Of a DNA stretch of 64,000 nucleotides, positions 17,406 through 27,185 are shown in pieces (within the stretch, counting starts at the first letter, position 1; each line of letters starts with the position of its first letter). Below the pieces are notes generated by a model that ran no database searches, was not told where the DNA came from, and saw only the letters and a program-made list of their open reading frames with translations. The stretch lies in the NCBI GenBank assembly GCA_965215195.1, contig CBDCDC010000002.1, positions 352,001-416,000 on the forward strand. The letters run 5' to 3'. Position numbers and translations under genes: made by a program. The DNA is from Candidatus Latescibacterota bacterium (GTDB lineage Bacteria; Latescibacterota; UBA2968; UBA8231).

Positions 17406-20400
17406 GGTCTGCTCTTCGCTCCGTAGTGCCCTTCGTCTTCCCGAATTTCCATCGGCTGCTTGAGCGTGTCAACGCTCAGATAGTAGTGGGCGACCTTGGT
17501 GACCTCGTGCCACGGGAAACGGGCTGGGTCTTTAATCGGCTCTTGAAGCTCCGGGGTGCTGGCGCAGTTGGTCACCACGTAGAGCCAGTAACAGTCGCGG
17601 CGATCTTCGGCGATGCGGCGCTCGTTGGGCGTCAGCAGAATGCTGCCGGAAGCGGCGGCGAGACCTTTTATCTCGATCAGACGCAACTCGCCGGACTCTA
17701 AATCGCGGCTAGTTATATCGTACCCAAGATTCTTCTCGTGAACATCATCGACTTGACGACCTTGGGCGGTCTCGTACTCCATGACCACCTGCATCGCCGT
17801 CATCTCGGTTTCGGGATGTGGACGCAGGTGCCGGACATCGAGGGTGTCGCGTTCGGGATGGGGCAGGATTAAGACGCTGGCGAGCCGCTCGACTCCCTGC
17901 AAGGTCAGCGCCCGCTGCCGCTCGAACTCAGTGCGCCGACGGTCGCGGCGCGCCATCACCTCGGCATGGCGGACTTCGGCCTGCGCCAAGCGGCCCTCGG
18001 CACCAGTTGCGTTGTTATCCCTCTCCTCGGCGGCGCGACCAATCTCCTCATCGGCCCGCTGTATAACCTCCGTCAAGGACAGTTCGACGTGTTTGGCAAT
18101 GCGCTCGACTTCGGCCAGACGCTCGGCGCGAACCTCGTTGATAAAAGGCACCAAGGCGTTTTCGTTGAGCCACGCAGTCGCTTCTGGGAGAGCGGCTACC
18201 GGAGGCAGATCGCCTGGAGCGGTGGCGGGGCTGAGATTGCCAAGGACATCCGGCTCGCGGAGACAGAAAGAGCCATCATCCGTCAATTCCACTGTGAACA
18301 ACCGTTCGTGAATCACCTGCCCGAGGCCATCTACGACCCGCGCCCGGTAGAAGTCGAGACGCGCCGGTACTGTGTGCGCTAGGGAATGGAAACAGGCCCC
18401 CTTGGCAAAGGCATCTTGGCCGAGATGGAGGCTATGCCGGCGCAGGGCCTCGAATAGGGGATGCCCGGGAGTCACCCATTCGAGGTTGTGCTCCTCGGCT
18501 GTGTTGCGGTCCGTTGATAGCCGCGGATAGCGCATCGCCAGTTCCGGGAGTTTCCAGTCTGGATCGCGCTCGTATTCCTTCAACTTGGACGGCGTCCGCC
18601 CCGGCTCGAACGTATGCGCCAAGTGGCCCATCGGCTTCAGAGTTAGGGCCGCATGTTGGGCGCACTCCGCCATGAACCGCGCAATAGTCTCGGGCACGAC
18701 GCGCCGCTCTTGGGCCTTGGCTCGGTGCTCGACGAGCATGTCGAGGTTGAGCTTCTTGGAGGCCAAACCTTCCAGTGCCGTCTGGCAGATGGACCGGAAG
18801 TGGCCTTCATCCACGTCCTGCAAAAGCCGCTCTTCGAGGTCAGTGTGCCCCAACTTTCCCGCGTAGTAGTCCCGCAGCACGCGCTCCACGTGGGCGGACG
18901 GCAAGACTTCGCCGACTACGTTGAACACTGCGTCGTCGTCGAGGGCGTCGCGGATCTCTTGGAGCTTGTCCAACAACCGCTGGAGCACCCGCCCCTCAAT
19001 GGTGTTGGTGGCGACGAAGTTGAAGATCAGGCAATCGCGCCGCTGGCCGTAGCGGTGGATGCGGCCCATGCGCTGCTCGAGCCGGTTCGGGTTCCAGGGG
19101 ATGTCGTAGTTGAAGAGGATGTGGCAGCACTGAAGGTTGATGCCTTCGCCGGCTGCTTCGGTGGCCACCAAGACTTGGATGGCACCTTTGCGAAACTGCT
19201 GTTCGGTGTGGAGACGGCTGCCCGGTTCGTCGCGTGAGCCGGGCTTCATGCCGCCGTGGATGCAGCCGACGCGGAAGCCCCAGGCTTGCAAGCGTTCCAT
19301 CAGGTGGTCGAGAGTGTCCTTGAACTCGGTGAAAAGGAGCAGTCGCTGATCGGGCCGGTCGAAGAACCCCTCCTCCTGCATTATGTTGCGAAGATGTGCG
19401 AGTTTTGCCTCGCGGCCCGCGTCTTCGACGACCTTGGCCTTTTCAGCGAGCTGGAGCAGTTCGCCGATCTCTGCGCGGATCTGGTCGGCGTTGCCCGCCA
19501 GTGTGATGGCCTCCAGCAGCTCCTCCAAGTGCTCGCGCTCGGCGTCTTCCAATTCCTCCAGCTCTTCGAGGTCGGGAAGGTCCGGCGGTGCGGTCCGCAC
19601 TAGCTCCTCGGCGCGCTTGAGGCCATCCTTTAGACGCCGGGCGCGGTTTTCGAGGGACCGCCGCATGGCGTAGGTGCTGGAGGCGAGGCGTCGTTGGTAC
19701 AGCGACATCAGAAAACCGACCGCCCGAGCACGCGGGTCGTCGCCCTGTGCCGCAGCGCGTGCGCTCTGCCGTTTCACAAACCGCGTGACCTTTTGATAAA
19801 GCTCGAACTCAGCGCCCTGAATAGCGAAATCCGCGGTGCGCGGGATGCGCTTGGTAAAGACCGGCTTTGCAGTCCACGTTCCGTCCGTCTGGCGCTCCGG
19901 GAAGTACACCATCGCCTCCTTGGTGCGCCGCAGGTAAAAAGGCGCTCGCCTTCGTTCCATAGCTTCGCGGATCGATTTCACGTCCGCGTAGGCATCGCGG
20001 TCGAGCAATTGCAGAAACAGGGTGAAGTTCTGCGGGTCGCCCTTGTGGGGCGTGGCGGTCAGTAGCAGCACGTGATCGGCGCTGTCGCGCAGCAATTCTC
20101 CGAGCCGGTAGCGCTGGCTCTTGTGGGTCTCGTCGCGCGCCGACATGCGGTGCGCCTCATCGACAATCACCAGATCCCAATGCACCTGTTGCAATCCGGG
20201 CAAGATCTCGGTGCGCTTGGCGAGGTCGAGCGAGGTAATGATCTGCTTTTGCTCCAGCCACTGGTTGACCCCGAACTGATCGCGGATGTCGCCGCCCTTC
20301 ATCACTAGGAACTTATCGTCGAACTTTTCCTTGAGTTCGCGCTGCCACTGGAACGTCAGGTTCGCGGGGCAGACGACGAGCACCCGTTCGATGAGACCCC

Positions 20401-20854
20401 GGAGCTTGAGTTCGCGGGTTAAGAGACCGGCCATGATGGTCTTGCCCGCCCCCGCATCGTCGGCGAGCAAGAAGCGCACGCGGGGTAGCTTGAGGAGGTG
20501 CTCGTACACCGCTTCGAGTTGGTGCGGCAGTGGATCAACGCGCGAAATGGAAAGCCCGAAATAGGGATCGAACTCGTAGGCGATGCCGAGCGCATAAGCT
20601 TGGAGGCCGATCCGCAAAAGCCGCCCATCGCCGTCGTAGGAAAGAGCGGCGTCGGCGATAGTCAGGTTGGAAATGTCAGCGGAAGTGAGCGCGACCTGAC
20701 GGAACTGCTCCGACCGTTGGCCGACGAGGCCCGCTTCCACGTAATCAGTAGCATTTGCACGCACGGTCACCACGCGCATCGGCTCGCTGAACAGCGGGCC
20801 GGTCAGAACCTGTCCTTCGCGGATGGCGGATTCAGCTACCACTTCACCACGCAA
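17402..20854 (-). CDS. SNF2-family helicase with a C-terminal DUF3883 (NOV-like) nuclease domain
   Basis: LLADDAGAGKT, VDEAH, LLLTATPH, EAAGEGINLQ, WNPNRLEQRMGRIHRYGQ; C-terminal GYDITS...IEIKG. The start may be the GTG at 20842. Confidence 0.92.
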   Translation of the reverse strand: MRGEVVAESAIREGQVLTGPLFSEPMRVVTVRANATDYVEAGLVGQRSEQFRQVALTSADISNLTIADAALSYDGDGRLLRIGLQAYALGIAYEFDPYFGLSISRVDPLPHQLEAVYEHLLKLPRVRFLLADDAGAGKTIMAGLLTRELKLRGLIERVLVVCPANLTFQWQRELKEKFDDKFLVMKGGDIRDQFGVNQWLEQKQIITSLDLAKRTEILPGLQQVHWDLVIVDEAHRMSARDETHKSQRYRLGELLRDSADHVLLLTATPHKGDPQNFTLFLQLLDRDAYADVKSIREAMERRRAPFYLRRTKEAMVYFPERQTDGTWTAKPVFTKRIPRTADFAIQGAEFELYQKVTRFVKRQSARAAAQGDDPRARAVGFLMSLYQRRLASSTYAMRRSLENRARRLKDGLKRAEELVRTAPPDLPDLEELEELEDAEREHLEELLEAITLAGNADQIRAEIGELLQLAEKAKVVEDAGREAKLAHLRNIMQEEGFFDRPDQRLLLFTEFKDTLDHLMERLQAWGFRVGCIHGGMKPGSRDEPGSRLHTEQQFRKGAIQVLVATEAAGEGINLQCCHILFNYDIPWNPNRLEQRMGRIHRYGQRRDCLIFNFVATNTIEGRVLQRLLDKLQEIRDALDDDAVFNVVGEVLPSAHVERVLRDYYAGKLGHTDLEERLLQDVDEGHFRSICQTALEGLASKKLNLDMLVEHRAKAQERRVVPETIARFMAECAQHAALTLKPMGHLAHTFEPGRTPSKLKEYERDPDWKLPELAMRYPRLSTDRNTAEEHNLEWVTPGHPLFEALRRHSLHLGQDAFAKGACFHSLAHTVPARLDFYRARVVDGLGQVIHERLFTVELTDDGSFCLREPDVLGNLSPATAPGDLPPVAALPEATAWLNENALVPFINEVRAERLAEVERIAKHVELSLTEVIQRADEEIGRAAEERDNNATGAEGRLAQAEVRHAEVMARRDRRRTEFERQRALTLQGVERLASVLILPHPERDTLDVRHLRPHPETEMTAMQVVMEYETAQGRQVDDVHEKNLGYDITSRDLESGELRLIEIKGLAAASGSILLTPNERRIAEDRRDCYWLYVVTNCASTPELQEPIKDPARFPWHEVTKVAHYYLSVDTLKQPMEIREDEGHYGAKSRP

Positions 20855-21953
20855 AAAGCTCGCCCACCTCCATCGTCAGCGCTCGGCCCGGCCCGCCGTC
20901 CTCGCGCACCACGAGCTGCCCGTCGGCATATCCGACAGCGGCGACGCCGGAAAAGTCGGCGGGAATCTGCATGAGAAAGTTGGCGTAGGTGAAAACTTGG
21001 GTCTCGTCGGCGTCGATATAGTGAAAGAGCGTGCGGCCAAAAATCCGCCCCTTTTCCAACAACACCGGGCTAGGTTGGTGCAGGCCCGTAGTGCCAAACT
21101 CCAAGCCGCGGGCAAAGGGCTTGCCGTCGCGCACGTGCCGCCAAGCGTCGAACCAAGGGTAGTCAGCCACTGGCCAGATGTAGCCAATCAACAGCCCCTT
21201 GCCGGCGTTGATAGCCGTGGTCCAGCCGTATTCTTCCTCGATTATGTACGACACGACCGCTGGGGCGGCGTCATCCGTCAAATGGCGAATATCCACCTCG
21301 GTGCCGTCCTTTTTGAGTGCTGAGGGCCAGCGCACCTCTGGATCCTCGGGCGTTGGCATGGGCGTTTCCTGCATAAAGCCGCGCGTGCCGTTGGCATCAA
21401 CGCGGGTGCTCTCGTCCAAAAAGGGCGGCCCAATGGTCGGGTGCTGGACGATGTTGTACACGCGGCCCAAATGGCGGGTATTGGTGACGGCCTCGGTGAC
21501 CGCAAAGACGGCCTGGTCCTGATCCATGCGAATCGAGCGCACGACCTCGAGGCCGGCCAAGGGCAGTGCGGCCGACATTTGGGCCACGAGGTAGCCGTCC
21601 TCTGCGCGTGCGTCCTCATCCAAGTTCCACCACACGCGCGTGGCCTCGCCGTGCCAGCCCATGCCGTGGGCCTGCTCGGCTTTGGTGGCCGGTCCCCAGC
21701 GGTCGAGGCAGAGGAAGTGCCCCATGGAGCGCGGCTCTATGGGCGGTGCTTGGTCCGGGGTGTCGCCGAAGGACCAAGAGTCCCATTGCAGGGGGTTGAG
21801 CGGGTTGCTTTTGAGGTGGAAATCGGCCATGGAGCCGCCGCCTAAATCGACGACGAGCACGGCTGCTTGGCTGTCGAGCACGAGGCGGGGGCGGTCTTGG
21901 GCCGCGCTGTGCGAGGCCGTCCAGAGGAAGGCGGCGAGGAGGGTCCATTTCAT
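20844..21953 (-). CDS. Secreted hypothetical protein, possible galactose-mutarotase-like fold
   Basis: Signal peptide MKWTLLAAFLWTASHSAA; GHFLCLDRWG, HGEA, QHPTIG and GLEFGT motifs. Confidence 0.65.
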   Translation of the reverse strand: MKWTLLAAFLWTASHSAAQDRPRLVLDSQAAVLVVDLGGGSMADFHLKSNPLNPLQWDSWSFGDTPDQAPPIEPRSMGHFLCLDRWGPATKAEQAHGMGWHGEATRVWWNLDEDARAEDGYLVAQMSAALPLAGLEVVRSIRMDQDQAVFAVTEAVTNTRHLGRVYNIVQHPTIGPPFLDESTRVDANGTRGFMQETPMPTPEDPEVRWPSALKKDGTEVDIRHLTDDAAPAVVSYIIEEEYGWTTAINAGKGLLIGYIWPVADYPWFDAWRHVRDGKPFARGLEFGTTGLHQPSPVLLEKGRIFGRTLFHYIDADETQVFTYANFLMQIPADFSGVAAVGYADGQLVVREDGGPGRALTMEVGELFAW

Positions 21954-22014
21954 TATAGGTACTCCTTCTGTGAAGTGAGGGGATGGCAAAAGAGACGCAA
22001 CAACGTACTAGAAA

Positions 22015-24111
22015 TTGACAGCAGACAAAAGACAGCGGATGTTGTTTCTGATGAGCGTTTTTCTGATCGTCCCCATCCTCGCCCTAAGCGGCTGCCAAGA
22101 ACCGACTGGCCGCTCAGACGCGTTTCTCCAATCGTACTACCGCGGCTTGGACTTGCTGGAGCGCTATCGGCTCCGGGCGGCCGAGCGCGCCTTTGCGCAT
22201 TGCGTCCGGCTGGAACCCGAGGCGGCCGAGGGCTACTGGCAGCTAGGGAGGGTGCGGCTCGTGCAGGGGCGGATAGAAGAGGGCGTGGGGTTGCTGGAAC
22301 AGGCCACAGCGCTAGATCCTGAATTGACGGCGGCGCGGTCTTTGGTGTTGGAGACGTTTTTGGGGCGGGGAAAAGAAGCGCTCGAAGAGGGGCACTTCGC
22401 GCAGGCGGAACGGTATTTGCAGCGGGCACTGGCCGTTGATCCCCAAGGCTATGAGTCGCTCTACTGGGCGGCGATTGCCGCGCTGTGGCAGGAGGACTAC
22501 GCCCGCGCCGATTCGATCTTGCAGCAGGCCGTGGCGCTGCATCCCGAGCCGCTGGAGCTGCGCTGGCACCGGAAGTGGTTGCAGCAGGCCTTGGGCCGGC
22601 CGGCGACCGGGGCATTTGCCGACGCTGTGCCACAGGGGCCCATCAGCGGGCGATTTAGCGAGATCGGGGCCGAGGCCGGGGTCGATAAATTCGACGGCGG
22701 CCGCGCCAGCGCTTGGGCCGACTACGACGAGGACGGCGACCTCGACTTGGTCGTCATTGGCCATCCAGCGTTGGCGTACTTCCGCAACGACGGAGCGCGT
22801 TTTGCCGAGCGGACCCAGGCCGCCGGGCTGGTGTTGCCCGAGGGCGGGATCGGGGTGCAGACGGCCGACTACGACAACGACGGAGACGCCGACTTGTACG
22901 CGACGCGCAATGGCTGGTTTGGCGGCGGCGTGAACCTGCTCTTCCAAAACGACGGCCGGGGCGTCTTCGCCGATGTGACCCAAGCATCGGGCACCGGCGA
23001 TCCCGGGTCGAGCTTTTGCGCCGCGTGGAGCGACTTTGACCGCGACGGCAACCTCGACCTATACGTGGCCAACGGCACGGGCGCGACCGGCGACTCGACC
23101 AATGTGCTCTATCGCAACCACGGCGACGGCACCTTTGTAGATGTGGCGGCAACGGCCGGGGTGGCGCACAAGGGGCAGACCCTGAGCGCGGCGTGGGGCG
23201 ACTTTGACGGCGACGGCTGGCCCGATCTGTACGCATGCAATTTCACCGAGCCGAATGTGCTTTTTCGCAATCGGGGCGACGGTGCGTTTGCCGATCAGAC
23301 GGCGGCGGCCGGCGTAGGTGCCGAGCACATCGACGGCTTTATAACGTTTGTCCTAGACTACGACAACGACGGTGCGCTGGACATTTTCGTGGGCAACTGG
23401 AGCCAGTACGCGGTGGTGCTGGCCGATCGAGTCGCTGGAAAATCGACGAGCGTGCGCGACCGACCAGTGCTTTTCCGCAACCAAGGCGACGGCACTTTCG
23501 TCGATGTGACGGAAACAGCCGGGCTAGGGCGGGCGCTGGGCACGATGAGCGGCGTTCCCGGCGATGTGGATAACGACGGCTGGGTGGACCTGTACCTCGG
23601 CAACGGCGGGCCGCAGATGGGCCGGCGCGAGCCGGATGTGCTTTTCCGCAATCAGGGCGACGGGACCTTTGCCGACGCGACCGCAGCGGCCGGACTCGGG
23701 CATTTGGGCAAATCGCACGGCGTGACCTTTGCCGACTACGATGGCGACGGCGACCTCGACCTGTACGCGCCCGTGGGCGGTGCCCAGCCGGGCGACCAGT
23801 GGCCCAACGCACTCTACCGCAGCGAGGGCTTTGGCAATCACTACTTGGTGCTGGAATTGGAAGGAGTCGAGAGCAATCGCGACGGAATCGGCGCCAAAGT
23901 GCGGGTGCAGGCCGGCGATTTGGCGCAGTACCAAGAAGTGGCTTCTGGATACAGCTTCGGCAACAGCAATAGCCTAGCGTTGGAATTTGGCTTGGGGCAA
24001 CGGGTGCGGGCCGACCGCATTGAGGTGGCGTGGCCCAGTGGGCAGGTCGATGTGTATCGGGATATTGAAGCCGATCAGTACTTGGTGCTCAGAGAAGGGG
24101 AGACGCGGTGA
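22015..24111 (+). CDS. TPR + CRTAC1/ASPIC-UnbV (FG-GAP repeat) lipoprotein
   Basis: Lipobox LSGC, N-terminal TPRs, many DYDxDGDLDL repeats, C-terminal GIGAKVRV...FGLG...WPSG. The start may be the ATG at 22039 or 22051. Confidence 0.85.
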   Translation: MTADKRQRMLFLMSVFLIVPILALSGCQEPTGRSDAFLQSYYRGLDLLERYRLRAAERAFAHCVRLEPEAAEGYWQLGRVRLVQGRIEEGVGLLEQATALDPELTAARSLVLETFLGRGKEALEEGHFAQAERYLQRALAVDPQGYESLYWAAIAALWQEDYARADSILQQAVALHPEPLELRWHRKWLQQALGRPATGAFADAVPQGPISGRFSEIGAEAGVDKFDGGRASAWADYDEDGDLDLVVIGHPALAYFRNDGARFAERTQAAGLVLPEGGIGVQTADYDNDGDADLYATRNGWFGGGVNLLFQNDGRGVFADVTQASGTGDPGSSFCAAWSDFDRDGNLDLYVANGTGATGDSTNVLYRNHGDGTFVDVAATAGVAHKGQTLSAAWGDFDGDGWPDLYACNFTEPNVLFRNRGDGAFADQTAAAGVGAEHIDGFITFVLDYDNDGALDIFVGNWSQYAVVLADRVAGKSTSVRDRPVLFRNQGDGTFVDVTETAGLGRALGTMSGVPGDVDNDGWVDLYLGNGGPQMGRREPDVLFRNQGDGTFADATAAAGLGHLGKSHGVTFADYDGDGDLDLYAPVGGAQPGDQWPNALYRSEGFGNHYLVLELEGVESNRDGIGAKVRVQAGDLAQYQEVASGYSFGNSNSLALEFGLGQRVRADRIEVAWPSGQVDVYRDIEADQYLVLREGETR

Positions 24112-25496
24112 AGGGGTTGACCGCCATGGCGCTGTTGTGGGCTGGGTGCGCGGCCGCGCCAGACGCTCTGACCCAGTACCGCCAAGCGCAGGAACTAGTT
24201 GACGGCCGGCCGCTGCGGACCTTGAGCCAGGCCGAATTGGCGCAGGCCGAACGCCTAGCAGCGCAGGCGCGGGCACTCGATCCTGAGCTGCACGAGGCGA
24301 CCTTTGCCTTGGCCGCGCTCTACGTGGTGCGCGGTGCGTACGAAGACGCGACCGCGCTCTACCGCAGCTTGGTGGAGGCGCGCCCGGACGACGGGCGGGC
24401 CTATGCCGAACTGGGGCTTAGCCTCGCCGCCCAAGGACGCTATAGCGGCGCACTGCGCGCCTATCAGGACGCCGTGCGCCGGGGCGAGCAGTCGGCCCTG
24501 ATTTACGCGCGGCTGGGCCACGCCTATCAGGCGCTCGGGCACTTGCGCGAAAATCTCCACGCAGCGCAGGCGGCCTATGGCGCATCCCTACAGCTTGCGC
24601 CCGAACAGGCCGAGGTGCGCTACCAATTGGCGCGGGTAGAAGTGCGGTTGGGGCGGGACGAGGAGGCGCAAACGCTAATGCAGCAGGCGCTCGCGGCCGC
24701 GCCCGCAGACGCTGGCATCCGCGCTGACCTCGCCGCGCTCTACACAGAGGCGGGGCAACGGGAGCTAGCCCGCGCCGCGCTCGTCGAGGGTTTGGCCGAC
24801 CGCGACCGGGGCGGCGCGGAAGCGGTCTTGCACTACGAGCTGGGGCGGCTGCTGTGGGAGGACGGGGATGGTGCCGGGGCACTGGCGCAGTTTGAACGGG
24901 TGCGCGCGGCCGACCCCGACCTGCACCCGGTCTATCGCTATCTTGGTTTGATCCACAGCGCAGAGGGGCGGCTGGACTCGGCACTCGCCGCGTTTGTCGA
25001 GCTAGCCGACCGACAGCCCGGCCATGCGGCCGCCCAAGTGAGTATCGGCATTGTCCACAGCCGCATGGGCGCACTCGCCAAGGCAGAAGAGGCTTTCAAA
25101 ACGGCGATCGCCTTGGGCGGCGCGGAAGGGGACGCGGCCTTGAAGTTGGGTGGTTTGTACGTGCATCAGCGGCGGCTGCGCGCGGCCGTGCAGGTGTTCA
25201 AAGAAGCCACGGCCGCGCATCCGCACCACGCCGAGCTTTTCGCGTCCCTAGGCGACGCCTATCGCCAGTTGGGCTTGCTCGGCGCGGCCGTGCAGGCCGG
25301 CGAGGAGGCCGTGCGGCTCGAACCCGAGCGGGCGCTGTGGCGCTTCCACCTCGCCTCGACCTACGAAAAAGTAGACCCGGACCAAGCGCGAGCCGAGTGG
25401 CATGCGTACGCATCTTTGGCAGAAGACGACGGGCGCGAGGCCCAGCGGCTGGCTCGCGCCCGGGCGCGTTTGCAAACCTTGCAACAGGAGAAATGA
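24108..25496 (+). CDS. TPR repeat lipoprotein
   Basis: LWAGC lipobox followed by repeated TPR helices. Confidence 0.8.
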   Translation: MKGLTAMALLWAGCAAAPDALTQYRQAQELVDGRPLRTLSQAELAQAERLAAQARALDPELHEATFALAALYVVRGAYEDATALYRSLVEARPDDGRAYAELGLSLAAQGRYSGALRAYQDAVRRGEQSALIYARLGHAYQALGHLRENLHAAQAAYGASLQLAPEQAEVRYQLARVEVRLGRDEEAQTLMQQALAAAPADAGIRADLAALYTEAGQRELARAALVEGLADRDRGGAEAVLHYELGRLLWEDGDGAGALAQFERVRAADPDLHPVYRYLGLIHSAEGRLDSALAAFVELADRQPGHAAAQVSIGIVHSRMGALAKAEEAFKTAIALGGAEGDAALKLGGLYVHQRRLRAAVQVFKEATAAHPHHAELFASLGDAYRQLGLLGAAVQAGEEAVRLEPERALWRFHLASTYEKVDPDQARAEWHAYASLAEDDGREAQRLARARARLQTLQQEK

Positions 25497-26350
25497 TGAT
25501 CGACCTAGTGGCTTTTGACCTCGACGGCACAGTGCTCGACGCAGAGGGGCGGCTGGCGGCTTCGGCTGTGGCGGCCATCGAAGAACTGATCGGGCGCGGC
25601 ATCCCCACCGCCAGCATCAGCGGGCGCAGCATCCGCCGCGGCCAATACCCTTTTGCGGCCTACCCCGCACTGGCGCGGGCACTCTACATGAGTGGCTACA
25701 ATGGCTCGGTAGTGCTCGGGCCGGGCGCGGGCGCGGAGCGCGAGGTGCTGCGCGAGGAGCGGTTGGACGAGGCCTCTTTTGCCCAGATAGTCGAATACGG
25801 GCGCGCAGAGGGGCTAAACCTGATCTACTGTCTGTTTGAACGCACGGCCGCCGGGGTCGCCGAGGAATATCGGTACGTCCGCCCCATGGAGTACCTCGAA
25901 TCGTTCGCAGAGCCGGGCCTGGTGCGCGACGTCGATTTGTACGCACGCTGCCAAAGCGGCGAACTGGGCACACCGCCCAAGCTCATGCTGGAAGTAGAAC
26001 CCGAGCGGCGAGAACAGCACATCGCCGATATTGCGGCCCTGTGCAAAGATCGGATCTATGTGGCTTGGGCGCATCCCGGTATGGTGGAATTTATGCGCCG
26101 GGGAGTGAATAAGGGCGTGGCCCTGCGGACGCTAACCGAGCAGGTAGGTGGGTGTGCGGAGCGCGTCTTGGCGGTAGGGGATGCGAACAACGACTTGCCC
26201 ATGTTGCGAGCGGCCGGGATCGGGGTGTTGCTGGGGAATGCAAAGGCGGAGGTACAAGCGGCCGTGGCCGGGGATGGGGTGCGGATTGGACCGAGTTTTG
26301 CGGAGGATGGATTTGCCACAGTGGTGCGGGAATACGCGCTAAAAGGATAG
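25493..26350 (+). CDS. Cof-type HAD hydrolase
   Basis: DLDGT, GVNKG and VGDANNDLPML motifs; ATG after a caggag RBS. Confidence 0.88.
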   Translation: MMIDLVAFDLDGTVLDAEGRLAASAVAAIEELIGRGIPTASISGRSIRRGQYPFAAYPALARALYMSGYNGSVVLGPGAGAEREVLREERLDEASFAQIVEYGRAEGLNLIYCLFERTAAGVAEEYRYVRPMEYLESFAEPGLVRDVDLYARCQSGELGTPPKLMLEVEPERREQHIADIAALCKDRIYVAWAHPGMVEFMRRGVNKGVALRTLTEQVGGCAERVLAVGDANNDLPMLRAAGIGVLLGNAKAEVQAAVAGDGVRIGPSFAEDGFATVVREYALKG

Positions 26351-26358
26351 GAGCAGAA

Positions 26359-27063
26359 ATGACGCAGGTGTTTTGCGGGGTCGCGCTGTGTATTGCTGTT
26401 GCGGCCTCGGCTTTGGCTCAAAGGCAAGCTGTGGCCGACTCCCTCAAGGGCGGGGAGATGGTAAAAGTCGCCGGGGAAAATCGCGGGTTTTACATAGACA
26501 AGTACGAGGTGACCAACGAGGAGTACGCAGCGTTTCTGACCGCGAAGGGAAACGCCAAGGTGGAGGGCATGTACTGGGTGGAGCTGGGGGGCCGATACAC
26601 GGCACTGGTGGTGGAGGACGGCGCGTACAAGGTCAAAGAAGGGTTTGCCCGGCATCCGGTCATTGAGGTGTCGTGGTACGGGGCACTGGCCTATTGCCAA
26701 TGGGCGGGCAAGCGCCTGCCCACGCAGGAGGAATGGCAATTCGCCTGCGCGGGAGCTGAAGGGCTAAAGTACCCGTGGGGAGCGGACTTTGCGAAGGGAC
26801 GCGCCAATATATTCGGGGACGAGGATGGCTATGGGCGAACTGCGCCCGTAGGCTCTTTCCCCAGTGGCGCCAGCCCCTTTGGACTCTTGGATATGGGCGG
26901 CAATGTGTGGGAGTGGACGCAAGGAGGCGAGAAAATGCAGTTCCTGCGCGGGGGCTCGTGGATCAACGGCCCCACCTTGACCCAGTGCAACAAGCGGACC
27001 AACACCAAGGATTCGCATTCGTACATCAAGGGCAACACCATAGGCTTCCGCTGCGCCCGCTAG
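26359..27063 (+). CDS. FGE-sulfatase (SUMF1-like) domain protein
   Basis: FYIDKYEVTN, HPVIEVSW, KRLPTQEEW, GLLDMGGNVWEW and GFRC motifs. Confidence 0.88.
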   Translation: MTQVFCGVALCIAVAASALAQRQAVADSLKGGEMVKVAGENRGFYIDKYEVTNEEYAAFLTAKGNAKVEGMYWVELGGRYTALVVEDGAYKVKEGFARHPVIEVSWYGALAYCQWAGKRLPTQEEWQFACAGAEGLKYPWGADFAKGRANIFGDEDGYGRTAPVGSFPSGASPFGLLDMGGNVWEWTQGGEKMQFLRGGSWINGPTLTQCNKRTNTKDSHSYIKGNTIGFRCAR

Positions 27064-27185
27064 AAGGCTGATGGCCGGTGGTCAGCACATTTTATCACTT
27101 TTTCTGATTTCGGCCATTTTGGGCGATTTCTTGATTTTCTAGGGGCAGCGATCGCTGCCCCCTACGGCGTCCATCTGCGGATATT

